This document shows positions 63,774 to 64,000 of a stretch of 64,000 bases of DNA, one piece after another. Each line of letters opens with the position of its first letter. Within the stretch, counting starts at the first letter, position 1. The stretch comes from Verrucomicrobia bacterium UBA6982 (GTDB lineage: Bacteria > Verrucomicrobiota > Kiritimatiellia > RFP12 > UBA3636): NCBI GenBank assembly GCA_002448475.1, contig DJYI01000049.1:5475-69474 (forward strand). The letters run 5' to 3'. The notes beneath the pieces were generated by a model, which worked only from the letters and a program-made list of their open reading frames with translations, was not told the DNA's origin and did not search any database. The translations under genes were made by a program, and so were the position numbers.

Positions 63774-63824
63774 AGTCTGATGCCGAATATCTGTGGATGG
63801 GATGTCGAATGGTCAAGTTGTTTT

Positions 63825-63945
63825 AGCCACAAAGAACGCAAAGAACACAAAGTTTCTGGAAAATGGCGGCTTGTGGCATAGCCGCCACGGCGGCGTCCGA
63901 TGCCACGGCCACCATTTTCCTAGCGCTCTTTGCGTTCCGCTGCAT
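63825..63945. repeat. Intergenic nested-palindrome element of the CACAAAG-repeat family.
   Basis: GCCACAAAGAACGCAAAGAACACAAAG ... GGAAAATGG[CGGC..GTGGCAT..ATGCCAC..]CCATTTTCC ... CTCTTTGCGTTCCGC. The 5' arm matches the rhamnosidase insert at 3946. Confidence 0.6.
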
Positions 63946-64000
63946 GGACAGTTTCTGGTCGCGCCCGGCAACATTTTCCAACTTGGCTTTCTTCCCGCGT

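Noticed and set aside
1-64000. A search for tRNA and rRNA genes and for an integrase or transposase.
   Set aside because: I found no cloverleaf-like conserved tRNA features, no rRNA-like segments and no recognisable recombinase ORF. The mobile elements here appear to be non-autonomous.

Overview
This is a GC-rich (about 65-70%) bacterial chromosomal window, densely coding, with the character of a polysaccharide-degrading organism. The PVC-superphylum placement (Lentisphaerae/Kiritimatiellae/Verrucomicrobia-like) is inference from gene content.

Recognisable content:
- Carbohydrate-active enzymes: a GDPD-GH5 fusion and a GH5 paralog, a GH78 alpha-L-rhamnosidase, two paralogous clan GH-A barrels, a CBM-bearing GH5, GH130, GH10, and a large secreted clan GH-A enzyme.
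- Regulators: two XylR-like, one AraR-like, and one ECF sigma factor.
- A PFL2/DhaB-type glycyl-radical enzyme with its activase.
- A VapBC toxin-antitoxin pair with a textbook sigma70 promoter.
- purA and a YmdB-like phosphoesterase.
- An EtfAB plus FAD-oxidase cluster that looks like an LctBCD-type lactate system.
- A polar amino-acid ABC transporter, a McsA/McsB-like pair, and a GldA/F/G-like ABC operon.

Features not explained by ordinary annotation:
1. Five predicted secreted proteins, one cut by the window edge, all end in the same extreme C-terminal motif: four or five hydrophobic residues followed by Arg and then the stop.
2. An operon with its own sigma70 promoter encodes an orphan V-type ATPase K-subunit-like proteolipid, then an exosortase carrying the CSG motif, then an EpsI-like protein.
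3. Several families of small palindromic, MITE-like elements are inserted in frame inside coding genes, in the manner of Rickettsia RPEs. One larger, AT-rich member has terminal inverted repeats and carries an Avd/23S-IVS-type four-helix-bundle gene; it interrupts a second copy of an AAA-ATPase/PD-(D/E)XK gene.
4. Arrays of the octamer CTTTCAAC recur in intergenic DNA.
5. The ECF sigma ORF reads without a stop through a tandem repeat and one of those octamer arrays into a small secreted ORF.

No rRNA, tRNA or CRISPR array was recognised. Coordinates within the first ~240 bp may be off by one, because my base count of the displayed text disagrees by one base with the ORF track.
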